Positions 59,397 through 64,000 of a stretch of DNA of 64,000 nt are shown one piece after another. The notes below the pieces were generated by a model, which worked only from the letters and a program-made list of their open reading frames with translations, was not told the DNA's origin and did no database searches. Made by a program: the position numbers and the translations under genes. Position 1 is the first letter of the stretch. Each line of letters starts with the position of its first letter. Source of the DNA: Podarcis pityusensis (lineage: Eukaryota); assembly GCA_964106645.2 (NCBI GenBank), contig OZ067044.1. One strand, 5' to 3'.

Positions 59397-61632
59397 ACTC
59401 CTCTTTAATTGTTTCTTGTAGAGAAAGGGATTAACAAGGGGCTTAAGGCAAGTTTCCAGTTCACTGCTGCACCCCTTTTAGAAAAAAAAAGTTGGCACAG
59501 CCTGTAAAACAGATTGCTAAAGAATCTAGCAGAGGTTCCTTTCAGGAGGTAATACTAATCTACTAAAACAGGGGTGTACAGGTGATGAGCATACCTTGTC
59601 CAACTTCTGCAGCCTGCATGGTTTTTTTTCCCACCTGCACCAGGCTTTTGTCATGTTGATGAATTATTGTATTATGAGTGCAGAGAGGCAGTATGTCAAC
59701 ATGCTATGGTAGGGCAAATGAATAATGAGATCTTAAGCAAAAGGTGAATAAGTAGGGAGTGGTGCTTGTAAATGGAAACAGGATATGCTTCCTTTAATAC
59801 TGCTGCGTTACAACACAGCAAAAAGAGTGTTGACACTATGCTCCAACAAAGCCACTATTACAGTTTCTGATGGTGCCACTTAACTCTCATGAAAAGCTGT
59901 CTTTCCTGGATTAGTACAGCAGCTCTGATGATGGTATTCACGGTAGGTGTATTAGGGGCTTGTCATCTTGTGTAACCGCTTGCTTAGATCCATAGGCTGC
60001 CTCATGCCAGGGGCTCAGGGAGGATACTCAGAGAGTCATCCATCTGGAAGGGCCAGAAGACCATTAGTTCAATGCAACCGTACAACAGGGCAAAACCAAT
60101 TACAGTGGTCACTTCCTCTTTCAGCTTACCAAAGGTTAGGTCTTACCACAGCAGCATCCAATGGTTTGTTGAAATATGCTGTTGAATTACCATGCTTTGG
60201 CTTATCTGTACACATGTTAAACTGGCACTGCTTTCTTGCGGGCTATAGAGGGGATCTGCAGGGAAATGGACTAGAGGAGGCATGGAAAAATAATAGGATA
60301 GATAATTACTAGTCACAGCTGCAAATAGGCACTTGTTTAATGGTGCACTATGCACACAAAAATGTGACTATCCCTTTTTTTTAGGAACTGGATGCTTCCC
60401 TATATATTATGCAAAGTGAAACAAGCAGAAAGAGAAGGCAAGGTTAGAAAGCAAGTTGTATGGGTGGCATTGCTGTGACTCCTTTTGCTCTCGACAAACA
60501 TGACTTGTGAACCATGTGGTTGAACTTCAGTGCTATTGAGCAAACGAGGAAATGGTTTGTGGAAGTAAAGTATGAATGCTAACACTAATCCAAGCCACAG
60601 AGCTGATAATGAGCAGCAAGTTTTTCTATGGGAGTTTTTTTTGGAGCTAACAGGACCAGGATGAGGAAATTAAGAAGTGGGCAAAAGGAGGAAACCTCCC
60701 AAATGTTACTGGCCAGGTAACAGGACGGTTAATTACTTTTATGGTTTTATTAATTTATAGACAGGGTTGTACCTCTTTCAACTTACTATCAAAACAATAC
60801 ATATCCTATTGGGTGCCACAGTGATAGGAGGTGCTAATATTCTAGTGATGAAGGGATTCTTAGCAAAGTCCAAGTATCTATGACCAATGAGTGGTATCCA
60901 ACTAAGTCGGCGTACGTCCACTGAAACAAATGGAATTATTTTAGTTACAGATAGGTAGCCGGAATTATGGAATTCCAACATGGAATTATGTTATTCATAA
61001 TTATTTAAGTCCACTCCTTTCAATGGGTCTACCGTGAGAATGACTGGAAATACACTGATTCCTTCATCCCTACATTATACAGGTGTAAGCTGGCTGCCAG
61101 CATGGCAGGACCATAGGATTACTAAACTGGTTTCTGAAATGTATGTGTTTCTCATAAGAAACATCATCTTCTTTAAAATATGAAATTGATGGTAGAATTG
61201 AGTGTATCATTGCAGGTATTTCTTAATTGTTATTTTTTTAAGTGGGCTGGTATAAAGGTAAAAAAGGTGGAAGGAAACCCTGAAAAAAATGGCAGTCTAA
61301 GATGTAGATAAATCATGAACCAGTTGAATTTTCTAGACGTGTGAAAGAATACCTCTGGTTGCAGATCTTGCAGTCTCCAGACTGAAACACTCACGGAAGA
61401 TCAAACTACCTTCATTTTCTCCACACACACAAAAGGGCACAGCATTTTTCTCACTTCTGTTATTATGGGAGGAAATTATACCACATAGAGATATTTTATG
61501 CATATTAAGTAAAAGATAGTGGGCTGAAACTTATTGTCCTTATTCAGCCAAATTATTTTGATTTAAGTTGTTCAAAATAGTGCCATGTGTAAATACAATA
61601 AACATACAGATTTTTTTTTTAAGCAAATTGCA

Positions 61633-61638
61633 TTTATT
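61633..61638 (-). terminator. Likely LAMA3 polyadenylation signal AATAAA (3' UTR about 0.53 kb)
   Basis: Minus-strand AATAAA about 520 nt past the stop, followed by GU/U-rich tgtatgtttattgt. Confidence 0.6.
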
Positions 61639-62155
61639 TGGCCAGAGAACTCTTAAAACTGTAACTTCTTGGATTCCATTCTTTTAAAGTGCTTCATATT
61701 CAGGTTTATATTATTTTTGTCAAATGCACACTTATAAGAAAGATCTGGTTCAGCAACCCAACATAATTGTATATTTTTATAAAATTCTGCCAACGAGGTC
61801 AGATTCTGGTTGTAATCCAAAGATTTTTCATTTCTAATATGTCAATACAAGTGTTTTAGTTATGCACACCTGTGGCTGAGAACAGAGTCTCACCTGATTG
61901 TATTATGTACAACAGCATTTTGTATTTCACGTGGCTTTATCATATAGAATGAATTGTACACAGCAAAAGCCAAACAAAATATCAAAGCATCTAACAATGG
62001 TGGCCCAGACCACAATTCTGAAAAATATATACATCCTTAAACCATGTTAGAAATAAGTGGCAAGAATAACACACAGTTTAGAAGAGATGAAAACATATTG
62101 TGGCATTCATACAGTACATTAAGTAGATTTCATCCTGAGGAGATACATGGGGAAT

Positions 62156-62301
62156 TTAATTGACAGGGCACCCTTGCAAGCTGACAACACCATGAACATC
62201 TGAAATTTTGCTCACTAAAACAGGTTTGTCATTAATTGAAACACCCTTCAGACAGCCAAGGAACACGTCCTGAACAGGAAGCCACGGTGTTGCCAAATTT
62301 A
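62156..62301 (-). CDS. LAMA3: LAMA3 last coding exon (VNLATPWLPVQDVFLGCLKGVSINDKPVLVSKISDVHGVVSLQGCPVN*)
   Basis: Acceptor ctctttacag|. Laminin alpha C-terminal signatures FxGC and VSLxGCP; TAA at 62158-62156. Confidence 0.92.
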
Positions 62302-63228
62302 CTGTAAAGAGAAAGGATAAAGATAAGTTGAATACAGCACATTGCGGTTTGGTACAGAATTGTAGAAACTGCAGTTTTTCTTTATCAGTAGAAGTGGAAT
62401 GAAATCAGTATATGCCTATTCCTATTCAAAATAAACTTCTTTCTTTAGTGTAATATATAATGGCTATTAAAAATTACTTGGAATTCATCTATGTTTTGCA
62501 ACAAATGTTAACATTTTACAAAGGCTCTCTTTCCAGTCCCACTGATTGGACAGCTTTATAAAGATTAATACAGAACTCTCTAGTCAAGTATCTTCTCTTG
62601 CCCCCTCCCCTTCTACCTAAACTCGCTGGCTGTGGTCCTGTTCCTATCTATTTTCTTCCTGACTGGCCTCTTGGCTTGACAATGCTATATTCCCTTGCAA
62701 GCATCAAGCTCCCATGGAACTGGCTGGAACTTTGAAGTTCTTTGTTGGGATGACTTGTGTGTCTCCTCCAAAATCTTGGAAATGCGTCATTTGCCCCTGG
62801 AGGGAAGCCACAACTGACACCAATGATGATCAGCTTCACTTCTGATATAAATAGCAGCTTTCTTAAGGTAAGGCCACTTGTCATTGGGGATAGCTGGGGT
62901 AGGGGGAAAGATTAAACCTTTTCTTCCTCCTTCTGTGGTCCTGCTGCTTTTGTCCCCATGGCTACTATTTACACTTTTTAAAAAATAATAATTGCATTTT
63001 CATTTCATTAATGTGCATGTTATCTGCATTAATGTAATTAACTTCTCATCTAGTTTGGCCTTCAAAGAGAAAGGCTTATTCATAAGGAATGAGAAAGAGA
63101 TTCTACTTTCTTTTGACCGAATGCGTTTTTTCCAGATAGAAGGTTGTCACATTCATTACATACATTTCTTTAAAAAATAATAAAAAAGTTAGCAGTACTG
63201 AAAGATTAACCAGAAAGAGTCTTCCTAC

Positions 63229-63348
63229 CTGGAACTCTCCCAAAATAAAGTGGTTGAGCATGGCTGGTGGAGAGCATAGCTGATGGTCCAGTGGTGGAGT
63301 TAATCTTTGCATCTACTTCGAGGTACACAATGTTCTGTTTCCGAGTTA
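63229..63348 (-). CDS. LAMA3: LAMA3 penultimate exon, LG5 domain (xTRKQNIVYLEVDAKINSTTGPSAMLSTSHAQPLYFGRVP)
   Basis: Flanked by tttatag| and CAG|gtagga; 120 nt, phase 1-1. Aligns to recalled human VTIKQHILHLELD...QEPLHLGGAP. Synteny agrees. Not in the ORF track. Confidence 0.88.
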
Positions 63349-64000
63349 CTATAAACAATCACATGAATCACATGCCTTTCATTAAGACATTCCTCAGTTT
63401 CAGTCACAGTAATACTTCACTTATATCCTTTCTCCTTGGATTGATCGATCTATCTATGAATGAAAATCTTTCCTCACCTACAATTCCAAGACACCTATTC
63501 TAGACAAATACAATATGTCTGGAGGTAGCCATGTTTAAATATTAGCCTGGTGGTGGTTGCTAGCCCTTTTCTCCCTGAATTACCTCTCCCCATGCAGCTT
63601 TTACCCCAAACCTGTTCACCTTGCAACCGTAGGTCTGAAAACCCTGGGGGGGGGGGGAACAGCTGGGGGTGGGAGGATCTAAGGAAAATAGGCTAGAATA
63701 GCTACATATTACAGCTGTAGTGTAATATGTAGTTTGGAATGGAGGAATGTTATTTGCAGTACTGTATAGTTTATTTCATTGTTATTCCAGTGAGAAAAGC
63801 ACGTGGGAAAGCTGATACAGAGAAAAAGAGCAAATATGACTCCACCAATCCACCGTCTAATGTTACTTAATAGATCTGTTAACCGAAGCAGTAAATCACC
63901 TTGCTTTAGAACAATCCTGCTGTAGTCCCACTGAAATCTATGGGGTTACTCTTAGATTATTCTGAACTAATTTACAGATTGTGTTCATAACACGTGTATA

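Noticed and set aside
62648-62884. 78-aa minus-strand ORF near LAMA3
   Set aside because: It lies in the last LAMA3 intron, has no LG-domain similarity, and the flanking exons already join in phase.

Overview
Vertebrate genomic DNA, almost certainly from a squamate reptile. Sauria SINEs and a tRNA-Lys/CR1-tailed SINE suggest a lacertid lizard, which is an inference. The window holds the conserved LAMA3-TTC39C-CABYR syntenic block, all on the minus strand: the last two coding exons and 3' UTR of LAMA3 (61.6-63.3 kb), the complete 14-exon TTC39C CDS (50556 to 15102, 573 aa, with a 132-N run inside exon 5), and the coding exons of CABYR (7181 to 884). TTC39C and CABYR each have a CpG-island promoter. 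Introns and intergenic DNA carry Sauria SINEs, L2/CR1/RTE LINE fragments, Tc1/mariner and hAT MITEs and microsatellites. Main observations: (1) the long CABYR exon 4 has a strong in-frame donor joining coding region A to coding region B with no stop codon, whereas mammals separate them by a stop; (2) TTC39C exon 8 keeps frame only through a non-canonical CAG|GGAAGT (GG-AG) donor; (3) a CFTR-like (TG)9-T4 acceptor precedes TTC39C exon 6; (4) an RTE LINE fragment has a perfect 30-bp target-site duplication. Orthologue comparisons are from my recall of the human proteins, not from database searches. No prokaryotic-type system or CRISPR array is present.
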